Assembly: GCA_002633005.1 (NCBI GenBank) | Contig: NMRA01000486.1 | Coordinates: 183,251 to 247,250 of the forward strand | DNA length: 64,000 nt | Source: Phoronis australis | Lineage: Eukaryota; Animalia; Phoronida | Reading direction: 5' to 3' | In this document: positions 26,601-39,549 of the stretch, one piece after another | Position numbering within the stretch: position 1 is the stretch's first letter | Layout of the letters: every line of letters starts with the position of its first letter | Program-made: the position numbers and the translations under genes | The notes under the pieces: generated by a model | Told to the model about the DNA's origin: nothing | What the model saw: only the letters and a program-made list of their open reading frames with translations | Database searches by the model: none

Positions 26601-29600
26601 TAAGGTAATGCACAAACCAGTGACAGTCAGAACTTGAAAACTATGACTGTTTAAAAGACTATGTTGATATTATGGCAATTGGAAACATTACATTGAAATA
26701 ATAACTATTTAAAAGATTAGTATGTTGATATCATAGCTATTGATATCGTAACTATTAGTATGTTGATATCATAGCTATTGATATCGTAGCTATTAGTATG
26801 TTGATGTCATAGCTATTGTTGCTGTTGGTAGTATGACAAAACTTAAAATTTGCGAAATGTTTATTCTCGTGTTATAGGAAGTGTCAACACCATCTGGTGG
26901 TGAAGAAAATAAACAAAGGCGCAGCAAGAAGAAGAAGCCATCTGTCAAGGAATCAGATGCAATATTTGACCATGTAAGTTTGAGACCCATCTTAAGTTGG
27001 AGGGACCCTTTGTAGGTTGGAGAAACCCATTGTAAGTTTGAGGGACACATCGTAGGTTGGAGGGACCCATTTTAGGTTGGAGGGACCCACGGTAGGTTGG
27101 AGGGACTTGCCATTGGTTGGAGGGACCCATCATAGGTTGGAGAGACCCGCCTTAGGTTGAAAGAACCTATCGTAGACCGCAGGGATCTATTGTAAGTTGG
27201 AGAGATCCACTGTAGGTTGGAAGTACTCGTCATAGGTTGGAGGGACCCATTGTAGGCTGGAAGTACCCATTGGAGGCTGTAGTGACCCATCATAGTTTGG
27301 AGGGACCCATCGTAGGTTGGAGGGACCCATCGTAGGTTGGAGAGACCCATTGTAGCTTGGAAGAACTCATCCTAGATTGGAGATATCCTTTGTAGATTGG
27401 AGGAGGAATCAGATGCTATATTTGACCATGTAGGTTGGAGGGATCCACCGTAGATTAGGGGAACCCATCGTAGGTTTGAGGACCCATTGTAGGTTGGAGA
27501 ACCCATCATAGGTTGGAGGACCCGTCGTAGGTTGGAGGACCCATCACAGGGTTGGAGAAAGCTTAATAGGTTTTAGGGACCCATCAAAGGTTGTAGGGAT
27601 TCATCGTTCAGTGAGTTCCTAACCAGCTTTTTGAAAAATAAGATAACTGAGTACAGAGATGAATATTTTGTTTTACAATTTGCTAGTCATCAAATAGTTA
27701 CGTTATCACATTTTTTGAGGCACGGTGTATTCTAAAAAGGAAACTGCATTTTATAAGCCTATAATGTTGCTTAGTATAGGCTGTATATGTACTAGATAGA
27801 ACAAACTTACCATAACTTGGCTCAGTTGTAATCCCGTTGTTAAATGTGCAAGTAATAACAATACTGTTTAGCTGGTTTTAGGTGTTCAGAGATTATGTAC
27901 TCTGCCTGTGTAGCCTGTTTGCGCATCATATATCGATCTGTTACTTCAGCCTATCAAAGTTGAGAAGCCCCGCCCCTTGCCTCCGCCCCCTGTCAGCTCA
28001 GGAACTCCCAGCACTCCCAAGGGGTCACGCCACGGGTCACGCAAGTCATCAGAGGACAGCTCTGTGTCTGTGTCATCGGAGAGTACACCTGTCATGGAAG
28101 ATGCCAACAGGGTAATTTTACACGACTTTTCTAACAGAAGTTAATGGAATGGCAAAACTTTATTGAGCTCTACTCATGTTAAAGTAGTGTTGCCCCAATA
28201 TTTAGGAACATTAAATGTTCTGCTATCAAATTTTGAAAGTCAGGTTTGTTAAGGAAAACTAAACTGCAGCTGTAAATTATAAATGACAAATTTAAGGTTT
28301 TAACAAAAAAGCTGTTCTCTGAACATAATTGAGTAGCCACGATCAAGGTAATATTTTTGTTAGTGGGAACTGTAGAGGAGGCAGTGTGGCCTAGTGTGAT
28401 ATTTGCCTGCTTTCGTTACTGGAGGTCGTGGGTTCGAGTTGCACTGGGTCACACTGCTAAACCCTTCTAGCTCCTCAGCTCAGTTTTAACTGTATATTAA
28501 TAAAGCATAAAGACGGTTCCAGGTGCAATGGGCCCACATGCGCGGCTTGCGCACGTCTGGTACAACGTGTATCAGACCGCCTGCAATTATTTTTTTTAGT
28601 TTTAGTGGGAATTGTTGACAGGAGTCATAGTAAGCCTTCCTAGGCATTATATTGCACAGTGAAATGTTTTTTACTTCAGTCACGGCCTAATTCAGCCGCA
28701 CGTGCAAAGAGAAGACAGCGAATGAAGCAGGATGCTGACACGCCCTCTGGGGGATCAGGTAAAATTCTAAGTTATCGGTCGTTCGCGCTGTATCTCATCA
28801 CAGAAAAACAAAAATTAATGAATGAAGATGTAAATCGGTAAAATCTGTAATAGATAACCAAATCTTTTAATTACAGATTTTAAGAATTTTATTTCTATAG
28901 TTTCGATTAGCAAACTCGAGATTTTCAAATGCCGGATTACAGCTGCATCTCATTTTGTGGAAATTTCATTACGCACATTCTGTAAATTACTTTATCGTTT
29001 CTCACTTTCATACAACTATTTTTGTGGAACTTTTTAGGACTTCAGTTCACAGAAATAAGGATGCTCGCATTAAAAATTTTAAAAAAATTAAAATTTAATT
29101 TTTTATTTAGAAAAGCATAGGCATCATCCTGACCTAGTGCGTGTAAGGTCGTCAAATGAGGTTGAAGAACGTAATCGTGAGAGGTCGCATGAGAGGAAGC
29201 CTCATTCTCGTCACAGAATTCCTTCATTGGTTGACGGGGACAGTGAAAATAGTGACACTGAGGACAGCACAGAGGCAGCTAAGAAAAGGTACGCTGTTGT
29301 GTTCTCGAGTGATGTACTGTAGAAAATATAGTCCAATCATATCTTTTAAGCTACCGTATTGATCCTGGTTGAAACGTAGGGCATAAAAAGTAAGAAAATG
29401 TAAAAATTGGTGTTAGAGTCATGTTGAGGGTGGGCGTTAAAAGTGATTTCTGTGGGAATGAGGTATGCAGGTTATCGCTCAAGGAGTTGATGTTATGTCG
29501 GCCACTACAAACTAGAAATAGTGAAAAATTTATGGAGTGTACACAATCTGTAAGTCACAGGTTATGAAATTTTGAAAATTCAGAATGTTTCTGGTTCAAC

Positions 29601-32600
29601 TGAATTCCAACCTGAATATTTTGTAAAGGACATTTTTGCAGACTAATCTTTTCAAAGACTTGGGTGTGTCCTTGTTGTATAAACTAGGGGTTGTACATGG
29701 GCAGCGCACCATAGGGGGCTGGGGGGCTATACTTATTTCAGTGCTACACCGCACATGGTCTGTAGGCGGTGCACCAGAGGGGGGCTGATAGGGCTTTAGC
29801 CCCTCACTTTTTTCAGTGCTGCGCCGCCCATGTTGTAGTATAACGGAACATGGGAACGTCAAAGTTTTTGGATAATTCAGGGATGAGTGCTAAATGAAAC
29901 TTAGCGTTGGCCTTTATGAATACAGTAATTCATTGTCATTAGTCAGTGTTCCCAAGATGGAAATGGTTTCTATGCACTGTCTGGATTTCAAACGCTGTCT
30001 GTTCTTTTGAGTTTAATTTTATATTATGCCCAGTTTCGTTGCTCTTTGAACATTTCAACACTTTTCACATTCTCTCTTCTGTTTTGAATTTGACCAGTGT
30101 TTTAGTTATTGTTGTCTTTTTGTCAAACTTTCTTTTAGATCACCCCAAATACTTGTTTACAATTATTGCCATGGTGGTAAAAACCAACAAGTTACGGAAA
30201 AGGGTCGTAGGTACTGCATGTCAACTCCCAGCATGTGGTCACAAACTCAATGCTTATTTTCTAGTGTAACCAATAGATGGCGCTCTTCTGTGATGGCCTT
30301 GCAAAGCATTTAAACTACATACTTCCGCACTGTTTACTGTCTGAAATACCAAAATCAAAAGTAGGCTTTCCCTACAAAATCAGATTTAAAATCACCTCTG
30401 TGGCTCTGCCAGTGCTGACTTTGTTTTTGGTGAATTTTCATGTACAGAAAATGCTTAAAGCAGCTGCTACGTCAGACAACATTTCCCTGAAAAATAAAGG
30501 CCAGAACTACCGTAGCTTAAATGGCCCTGTATGAAATGTCCAAACCAACTGAACATAAAATCGTAGACTACATATACAATGCCTAGAGCTTTCTAAACTT
30601 AAAAGGCTCAATATACCATTCCCAGAACTAAACTAAACATAAAAGGCTTAGTTTACGTATACAATGCCTAGAGCTTACTAAACTTAAAAGGCTCAATATA
30701 CCATTCCCACAACTAAACTAAACATAAAAGGCTTAGTTTACGTATACAATGCCTAGAGCTTACTAAACTTAAAAGGCTCAATATACCATTCCCAGAACTA
30801 AACTAAACATAAAAGGCTTAGTTTACGTATACAATGCCTAGAGCTTACTCAACTTAAAAGGCTCAATTTTCCATTCCCAGAACTAAACTAAACATAAACG
30901 GCTTAGTTTACGTATACAATGCCTAGAGCTTACTAAACTTAAAAGGCTCAATATACCATTCCCAGAACTAAACTAAACATAAACGGCTTAGTTTACATAT
31001 ACAATGCCTAGAGCTTACTAAACTTAAAAGGCTCAATNATGTATTACTACACATGACTCATCACTCACTTGTACATGTATTACTACACATGACTCATCAC
31101 TCACTTGTACATGTATTACTACACATGACTCATCACTCACTTGTACATGTATTACTACACATGACTCATCACTCACTTGTACATGTATTACTACACATGA
31201 CTCATCACTCACTTGTACATGTATTACTACACATGACTCATCACTCACTTGTACATGTATTACTACACATGACTCATCACTCACTTGTACATGTATTACT
31301 ACACATGACTCATCACTCACTTGTACATGTATTACTACACATGACTCATCACTCACTTGTACATGTATTACTACACATGACTCATCACTCACTTGTACAT
31401 GTATTACTACACATGACTCATCACTCACTTGTACATGTATTACTACACATGACTCATCACTCACTTGTACATGTATTACTACACATGACTCATCACTCAC
31501 TTGTACATGTATTACTACACATGACTCATCACTCACTTGTACCTGTATTACTACACATGACTCATCACTCACTTGTACATGTATTACTACACATGACTCA
31601 TCACTCACTTGTACATGTATTACTACACATGACTCATCACTCACTTGTACCTGTATTCACATACTGATAATATGTTACTAACATGCACGTTATTTTGCGC
31701 ACAATTTGTGGTAACTGTCAGTTGCTTTAACACTACATTTTAATCCTTGATAACAACTTTCAGTGAATGATTCCTCTCCTTCGTTACATTTAAATCACAA
31801 ATAGTGTAATAACAGAATGCCATTTAAAGATTCTCATTTCTTTGTAACGAATTGTTTTTGCTTTCATCTTGTCTCATTCACTTCTTAGTCTAGGGCTGCA
31901 TTCAGAGAGGTTAGTCACTTGTGAGTCACTGTTGGCAAGGTGTGTTGAGTTCCCTAATGCAGAGGAAATATATATGAATATGTCAATCTCAATATGGCGT
32001 GGGAAATATGTTGTGAACATTCTTAGTCCTGTCAGCATGTTCACAGCAGAGGAAGTAGTCTCGCTGGTTCCCTACGTGCTTAGCCAGCATGAAGGTATCA
32101 CGCAGTAGCGCGCACTTTAGCATTGGTTGATGTGACCTCGGCAGTCATTGGTGAGCTGAATGTGAAAAAATGGCGGACTATGAATGATTTTTAGCCTTGT
32201 CATGCAAGTGGTGTCGCAGCAATTTTGTTTTTGCAGTGATGTTTAATAGCCGCGTGCTTGAAGCACATACATGTACAATAAACACACATCTGGCCAATTT
32301 AACCGGTGTGTTATTCACACTGTATGAATACAGGACAGTAGCGTAAACAAAAGTCAGCGACAGTAGAAAGATGCACTTCGAAAAGGCGTAACCACAATTT
32401 CTGGGATTCACATTTCTTGAACATAAATTTTAAGCACCGATTTGTCTGTACAACAGACCACATTTACACTTCTCCCTCAGTCATGCCAGTTAGTTTGCGT
32501 AACGCGCAGCCTGTTGAGAATTCAACTAGCCAATCAGAAATGCCAGTGTAAAAAAAATTCCCGAGGAAAATTAAGTGATACCTGCGTGCTGGCTACCACC

Positions 32601-35077
32601 TAGCAGCACGCGGGGAACCAGCGAGAGCATTTTGGATGTTTATGTGTCATTTTAGTCCTAAGAACCAGTCACTATCAACTTTGACATTTTTACAGTGTTG
32701 TTCTTGTGTCACACTGGTGTGATCTCGTATCATCTCCTCATACTTGCACACTAGTTTGTTCCACTGTCACAAGATGTCTCTTTTTCACAGGAGTGATAGA
32801 GAAATGAACAACTTCATCTCCTTGTTGGACACTACCCTAAACCTGAATAAAAATGACGGCGATGATGAAGACGACGACGATGAAGTAGATAGTACGGATG
32901 GTCCCCAAGTGGAGGCGCCACAAGCTGCACAACAAATTCCACATGTTCAGTCTGAGCCAGGTAAGTCGCACATTACTGCATATGTATATTTTGTGCGTGC
33001 ACTGGAGTTTCCAACTAGTTCGTTAATCTTAAATTGGAACTCATAATATTCATGAGACGGTATCTATAGTTATGTCATGCTATTTTATAAGCATGTCCAA
33101 TAGGAATGTTTAGCATGATGTCATTATGACGTTTTGGACCCAATGTGATGGCATGTCTATTTCTTATTGCTTCATCTACTGCCATGACACGTCATCACTA
33201 AATATCCGAATAGTTTTACGCACAAGTGCTTTGCACACAGGCCTATGTGACTAAGTTTGTACATAGAGGCAGTGTTAAATAGAGCTGTTCCAGCCTAACT
33301 GTGTTGGCTTGTGTTAACACTGTAGCAATGGAGGGCGGGGGGGTGACTTTATGGGCAATAATGTGTGAGTCACATGACTTGGGTGCCATGAGTTTCCAGA
33401 ACACATACTTAAAGTATTGTAGGCTATTGTTTGTGGGCCAAAACATACAAGGCTGCTGTAACTTGATGACGGACTGCAGGTTGCTGACGGCTGGTTGAAG
33501 ACCACAGGTTGCTGACTGCTGGTTGCTGACCACTGGTTACTGACGGCTGGTTACTGTCCACTGGTTTGCTGACCACTGTTTCACACCATGGAGACATAAT
33601 GACACAGGTCAACTCTGGAAATCTGAAATTATTGTAGAGGGACTACTGGAATGTACTTCTTTACATAACGGGTTCATTACTCTTTATATTTCAGCATTTG
33701 GCATCGGTGCCGAGACACTTGGAACAGCAGGCCGTCTTATGGAAAGGATTAATGCATTGAGAAAGTAAGGCATCAATCTGTGTTTTGGAAAATTGTGTTT
33801 TGTTTTAGTAAAGTTACTTTTTTAGCTAGGGCAGTACCTTTCTGTGCAGCTTTATCACATTTTCATGATTGATTTTTATGGTTTGTGGAAGTTTCCTTTG
33901 CTTGTGTGTCATATTCTTCTTATTATTGTTGTTATTGTTATTATAAGTAGTTCACAAGTAATGCGTTTAGTGTGTTGTTGCAGTTTTTTTAATGTTATTT
34001 TTCTTGTCAAATATAGCAGTTACAGATTGCGTTCTTTTTGAAACACCCTGTGTACTCCCAGAGTGAAGTGACACGTTTGTGTCTGTTTGCAGGGATTGCA
34101 TGCGTGGACTTGGTATAGATAAGATGCACAAAGCCTACCAGATACTGGAGAATGTTGAGAGTGAAGATGTTGAGGTGAGTGTCCAGCCACACAACTTCGT
34201 TATCTGCACGGTGTGACAGTTGGGGTCACTATGATGATTAAGAGGTGAAACTGTAGAAAATTTCAGTGTCTCTGGTGGGACTCGAACCCAGGTTGCACGT
34301 GCGACAACCAAGCATCTAAACCATTCGGTCAAATGTAGTACATTCAAGGTAAAGGCACACCAAATACTCACCGAAGATTATTACAGTGCAAATTGACGAC
34401 TTGTCAGCCTGAATACACAAACTCAAGGAAGCAAACGCTCTCTTTCAAATGCCGAACCGCGTGTAAGCTTCCCATTGGATGTTGCCGTCAGTTTTTGAGG
34501 GAGACAACTCCACAACTTTATAACAAAACCAGCGTAAGACACATAGCTATTATGGCATGGGGCCAATTTTTGTTAAAAGGCTTTGACCAAAGTGGATATT
34601 GGTCCAATGAGGCAATGGTGAAGCATAAAAGTATGTGATAGCAGTCTGTTACAGCTCACTGACTTGAGATTTGTGTGAAGGTGTACTTGAAACAATGCCT
34701 CAGTGAAATGTATTGATACTGCTTTTCTCTAGTTCAACGAAATTTTTCGTTTTGTCATTGCCTTTTCTCCAAATTGTAGAAAACGGATAATTTGTTTAAT
34801 AGGCTTATCTGTGGGAGTGCATTTCTTGCACTGGCAATGGGAGACATGGAATTGTAAAATTTTGATGAATTTCTATTTTTGTTACCTTGTTGCTGTGGTG
34901 AAAACTGCGTCTGAAGAGTTTAACAGTGTGAAGCAAAGGAATAACTTGTAGTCCTAATCTATTTAATGATTTCAGGGTCAGTTGATAGATCTTCTGGGAA
35001 AAGACAAGTTTGACGTGTATGCTGGGAAAATTTGGCAGCTCAAGTTCTGTGAAGAGTCTGCGTTTGGTTTAGTGTAG
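20205..35077 (+). CDS. NEK4: NIMA-related serine/threonine kinase NEK4, 14 coding exons, ~683 aa
   Basis: Exons 20205-20312, 21366-21550, 22049-22228, 22808-23012, 24038-24192, 25211-25490, 26878-26973, 27950-28111, 28680-28758, 29111-29288, 32791-32960, 33695-33764, 34093-34174, 34976-35077(TAG); total 2052 nt, all GT-AG and phase-consistent. Motifs [48 protein letters not shown] (DLG typical of NEK4), [23 protein letters not shown]; C-terminal LRKDCMRGLG...WQLKFCEE resembles the NEK4 tail. Confidence 0.93.
23180..23590 (-). mobile_element. 3' fragment of an L1/Tx1-type LINE in NEK4 intron 4
   Basis: Minus-strand ORF ...[28 protein letters not shown]...YYLTEKHI resembles ORF2 C-termini; followed by a short UTR and an A-rich tail. 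Confidence 0.65.
23842..24100 (+). repeat. Three ~87-bp tandem copies of the NEK4 exon 5 acceptor plus its first ~21 codons
   Basis: CTGTA(G/T)TTAT..CCC(C/T)TGCCAG...ATGACCTTG..TTATCAAGG repeated at ~23842, ~23930 and ~24016; only the third continues into the kinase exon. Confidence 0.9.
24740..24845. repeat. 38-bp tandem repeat, ~3 copies
   Basis: CTGTTGGAG(C/T)AGTGATGATTTGTGTT(T/C)TGAAGCGACAC units. Confidence 0.8.
25094..25107. promoter_or_regulatory. Palindromic RFX X-box motif in NEK4 intron 5
   Basis: GTTTCCATGGAAAC fits GTTNCCATGGNAAC exactly; function not demonstrated. Confidence 0.45.
25530..25892. repeat. 21-bp minisatellite (CTCTGACGGTCTGGGCTTGCG), ~17 diverged copies
   Basis: Visible periodicity; explains the multiple overlapping 7-aa-repeat ORFs here. 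Confidence 0.9.
26113..26237. repeat. Long inverted repeat (~48-bp arms, 25-nt spacer)
   Basis: 26113-26164 is the reverse complement of 26190-26237 except for a 4-nt insertion. Confidence 0.9.
26645..26825. repeat. Diverged ~38-bp tandem repeat upstream of NEK4 exon 7
   Basis: TAGTATGTTGAT(A/G)TCATAGCTATTG recurring. Confidence 0.75.
26968..27600. repeat. ~20-bp minisatellite (GTAGGTTGGAGGGACCCATC), ~30 copies, starting at the NEK4 exon 7 donor
   Basis: First unit overlaps GACCAT|GTAAGT; contains an internal copy of the exon end at 27404-27435. Confidence 0.92.
28378..28480 (+). mobile_element. tRNA-derived SINE-like fragment
   Basis: A-box-like TGGCCTAGTG (28387) and B-box GGTTCGAGTT (28431); no cloverleaf. 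Confidence 0.55.
30548..31037. repeat. 85-bp tandem repeat, ~5.8 near-identical copies, running into an N
   Basis: GCCTAGAGCT recurs at 30581, 30666, 30751, 30836, 30921 and 31006. Confidence 0.95.
31039..31656. repeat. 36-bp tandem repeat (ATGTATTACTACACATGACTCATCACTCACTTGTAC), ~17 near-perfect copies
   Basis: Head-to-tail units without spacers; starts at an N. Confidence 0.97.
33470..33576. repeat. ~13-bp diverged tandem repeat (GCTGGTTGCTGAC)
   Basis: Visible periodic GGTT(G/A)CTGAC units. Confidence 0.75.
34255..34335 (-). mobile_element. tRNA-derived SINE-like fragment
   Basis: Minus strand has A-box TGACCGAATGG and B-box GGTTCGAGTCC; related copy at ~45065-45148. Confidence 0.6.
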
Positions 35078-37909
35078 AGAAGTGAATTGTGAGCGTGACC
35101 AACTTGTATGGTTCCTCACTTCAAGTAGTATTATGTAATATATTATATTTAATAGTAATTTATGTGACATGCTGTGTTCATTGTGTGTGTGTCCATATAG
35201 GGTGTCCCAAAAATGTTAACAGAACAATGGAATGTGAATACCAGAAAATGGTTTTACTTGGAAGTAATGGTGTTTTTCATCTTCTATGAATCTGTTTGTT
35301 TATAAGGCACTAAGTTGGGAAAATAGCTCTCTTAACTCTTAATTGTAGAGAAACAATCACTGGAGGTTTTCCCAATCTGTTTAGCTTTCACATGTGCTCC
35401 ACAGAGGGCACACATCTCATTCAACTACTTCATCCTTTGTCCAAATTGAACACAATTTTTGCTGCAGAGAATGTAGAAACGCTTTCAATTGTTCTCTGTC
35501 TTGACACATCAGCTGTGTTGAAAAATCCTCAACATCTGCACCGGAGCTGCACAACTGCTTGTGTTTGGTGTCAAACTTGAACATTTGTGTACTCTGCACT
35601 CTGCAATAAGATTTAAATGTGGCAGTTTTTCTTACCTGTACTGAACAGCTTCATGGAATGAGAAAAACTCAAGTTCCCAGGAATATCGTATCATGTGAGT
35701 CATATAGAATATTTTATTGTCATTTTTGGGACACACTGTATATTTGTAAAATTTGTGAAATGTAATTATCTCAAAAAAATTGCTATATCAGAACATGGGA
35801 TGTTAGATAAAATTGTGCAGAGGAGTGCAGTGTTGTTGGCACCATATCAAAATGAATTACATTCCTTTAAACATCTTGTCATCTTGCTTCAACCATAATA
35901 ATAATTAGTAATTATACAACAATATTGCATCTGGTGAATTTGTTCCAAATGTAACTCAAGGTTTACACGTGCTACTGCTTAACACTCTAACAGACCCGAA
36001 CATGTTGTCCAAACAAGTTAAGTATTGCCAACATTACGCTACTCAAGTATTAGCCATTGGTCAAGTAGTGAGGTAATGCTAGTATTACTGGCTGGGAGTC
36101 TGTTTTGGGTTCTAATTTCTGTGTCATTGTGTTTTGTCTGGTAATGCATTCCGCTGATGAGGGTTTCTCATGTAATATTGCTTACTCCTTAGAGTTGTGT
36201 GTTCTGAGCTACCATAAGCTGGGATATTCTTTGGAAACACGCTTTTAGACAATCTGTTTAATTAAGAATTTAGTTTTTCTGCCCATATCAGTTTTATGAC
36301 CAACTAGCTCAGAAAAAGCTTCCTTCACTTTTATGGGGCTCTTTTCAAGAATGTGGGTGTAATGTAGGATGGCAGTTTATCACAAACGAACAGTACCAAA
36401 ATGTCTTCTTGTGAGTTTATATGTCAGTGAAGTGTTTGTTGAATCTAATTCGTGTGAATCGTTGGTAATGAGGATGGGAATAATGCTCTTTTAATGTAGG
36501 ACTATAGCTGAAATGTGATTTGAAATTTACTGCTTCTAATATCTATTTCTTATTGTAAAGTTATTTTTTATTAAATTTTTATTCTTTGTTTTGCCTGCAT
36601 GTATTTTTTTCATCGCAGTTTTGGTGTTGAAAATGAGTTAAGCCGTCCTTTAAGTTTGACATCAGATTATGCAGAGGTTTTTTATGAGACTTTGCAGTGA
36701 CTATGTTAGTCTGGAAAGGCAACACCAGGCGGTTCTGGCCAAATTTTAATCCTGGATGTACTTACCATTAATGCCAGGATAAGCTTATGGTTAATATGAT
36801 GTACTTTCAGTTTCTTAGTTTCTCCTGGTGCTACTGCCATAATATACTGAACTATTTGTGAAGTGTATTTAGATGACACATGATTGTTTATCGTCTAGAT
36901 GTCATTTCATAAGTTACAGACTAGTGTGCTTATGTGGCATTATTGAGGTCAGAGGTCGGACTTTTGCCGCATTCTTATCAGTGTTGGCCGAGAGTGCAAG
37001 TGATCTTTGGCCAAAGAGGGTCACTCAGGAGGAGCACTCGAGTAGGACGTTTCATCTGTTTTATTACCCCCAAAGTATTAATGGTTTTTGTTTCATGGTC
37101 CTGTGGGAGATTGACCCCTTTTGAAAGGTCAAACTTCACAGGCATGAAGGTGGCCCTAAAAGTTGGTAACAAGAATGCAGACAATGCATGCATGGAACAT
37201 TACTCGAATGAGACTGGATAATTTAACATTTTTGTGCATTGACCTGGGTCAAGACCATGCTCTGCCTTGTAGAGATTAGCTGTAAGAATGCGACAGCAGA
37301 GGCCGTGTCACATTTTTATGAAACTCTTCAGTGTTGTAATTCATTCAATAATTTCAGTGACTGTACCTTATACAGCTTTAGGATACTTAAACTTGGAATC
37401 TTGATATATTTACTTGACTGTGAAATTGAACATGGTAAAACAGCTGGTTGATTAAACAGACTGTGGGTTTCCAGTGAACTGTTTAATAATAAACAACCTT
37501 GGTGTTTGAAATTGCCAAATGACCAAATCTGACGTCTGATGCCTTTCCATGATCCGGAACTTGAACACAAGACAATAATTGACAGTCTGCTCAAAGAAGA
37601 CAAACATGCACATTTCAGATTTTTATTCCGTCAATCCAACAAACAATGCACTGATGTTAAAGATTCGCAATTTCAAGAATGTTTCAAAACCTTCAAACTC
37701 TGAAAATGAAAAGGGTCCTTAATTCTGAAAGAAATCGTGACATTTGGTCATTACACCTAAAGGTCTGGCAAACATGCCCTCTTCGACACATCAAAAGGTT
37801 TTGAATTTGCTTCTTACTATTCAAAGCGTCAAAAAAAAAACCACTAAACCTTGTTTCAACAGATATTAATGATGACTTGAGCACTGGATAAAGCTTAGCC
37901 AGTCTCTCC

Positions 37910-38173
37910 CTGGCCTTGGAATGACCAATCACAAGAAAGAAAATTTTCCAGGTAATTTATGACGTTGCACAAATAAATAGGCTTATGTGATTGAAAAACT
38001 TCTGTGTTGTAAAGTTGAACTGAAATAAACGTTTTTGCATGAACCATATCAAAATGGTAATAAAAGGGAAACTAACAATAAAAAGAGATGAAAAAGAGGA
38101 AACTGAAAATCAAGAGGAAATAGAAACCAAAATTAGAGTAAATCTTCTTGAAAGAGGAAAATTCCAAGTCCTG
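37910..38173 (-). mobile_element. Family A MITE (reverse orientation) with perfect 6-bp TSD
   Basis: Ends CTGGCCTTGGAATGACCAAT / GGAAAATTCCAAGTCCTG; CTCTCC on both sides (37904-37909, 38174-38179). Confidence 0.8.
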
Positions 38174-39549
38174 CTCTCCAGTATATAATCTTGAGCTAAT
38201 TTTGGGAGAAATCATAAAACCGGGATTCAGTATCTTTAAGGAACCATTTCAAGGAAGTAAAATGTTACATTAACGTAGACTGTACACTATTTCATCAACC
38301 TTAGTGTACACTATATACATGCAACCCCACACCTCTAAACCATTTATTTCAGTAAAATGTCTGAACAATTTCGAACACAGATGCCTAAAATTGATATTAT
38401 TTAATGCTCACAATTTCTCAAAATATTGTCCGATGGTAGCTATTGTGCCATCTCTTGAAACAGGTTTCAGCAAAGGTCACTAGCACTTATAATGTTGGTC
38501 TCCCGTTCTTAACTTGAGATCTCAGCCATGCTCTTCCCAGTAGAAACACAAAAAACAATTTTCAAAACAATACTTCGAGTAGTTCTGGCGTTAGAAAAAC
38601 GGATGCCAAAACCTCACTATACCGCAATGAATTTATTCATAACAGTTACTCTGCACAAAAACATTAATTTGAAAATTAGCCATTTAGCCATTTGTTCAGG
38701 TAACACTGATCAAAACCCCAATTTTACCACAGTTGTCATGACTACACATTGTTCAGATTATGAAATAGCACTATCTTCATGCTTTACTTTTATTATAAAA
38801 TTTATCACCATGGAAACCACCCGATACATCATACTAATGTACACAAGATGTCTAATAAATTGTTGATTTACACTGAATCTCAAAACTGAAGTTACCAAAA
38901 ACAATCAATGACCTACTGTAACAATGAGTGTTTCCACAAAGAATCCAGTTGGCACTGTGGTGACGTACAGCTTGAGTCAAACTTTGGAACTCCTTTCATT
39001 AAACCAGTCCACTGAGCGCTATGCCACGACGTATCAAGCAAGAGAGATGACCCACCTACACATATACGACTTCTCCGGTTTCTCAGTTGTGCCCCAAGTG
39101 ACTACTGTACGGCACTCATTAATATACATTACTCTCAATTATATACCTTCAACACTAAAAATTAACTTAATTATGCACTAACACTAATATCACTCACTAC
39201 CATCCATGACACTGACATCAATATCACCACAGAGATTATCAATACCACCCATGATACTGGTATCAGTATCATCGCAGAGTATCAGTCCCACACGGTCCCC
39301 ACTCCTACATTTTCTTTCTCCAGGCGACAATTTTCATTTCTTTTCCTCAAATTTTTACAAATTCTAGCTTAGTTACTTATATTTGTCAACAATCACTCAG
39401 AATAGAAACTTGCAAAAATGCAATTAGCAAAATGAGAAAATATGTTCCATCATTTTCCAGGACTAGGCCGAGTGGGATTTGTGTAGGTGTCAACTACAAC
39501 AACAGTAACAGCACAACCAATATCACAAGACCTATATCTGATACTGTTA

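Noticed and set aside
31033-31667. 36-bp repeats as a CRISPR array, or the 203/204-aa ORFs as repeat proteins
   Set aside because: Units are head-to-tail with no unique spacers, there are no cas genes, and the context is a eukaryotic intron. The ORFs arise because a stop-free unit is a multiple of 3.
34255-34335. tRNA genes (also 28378 and 45065)
   Set aside because: A/B boxes are present but there are no acceptor or anticodon stems; they fit tRNA-derived SINE heads.
35089-39400. Short ORFs between NEK4 and CHCHD4 (also 55000-59700 between SLC35A2 and CDK20)
   Set aside because: No recognisable domains or exon chains; consistent with convergent 3' UTRs and intergenic DNA with AATAAA signals on both strands.
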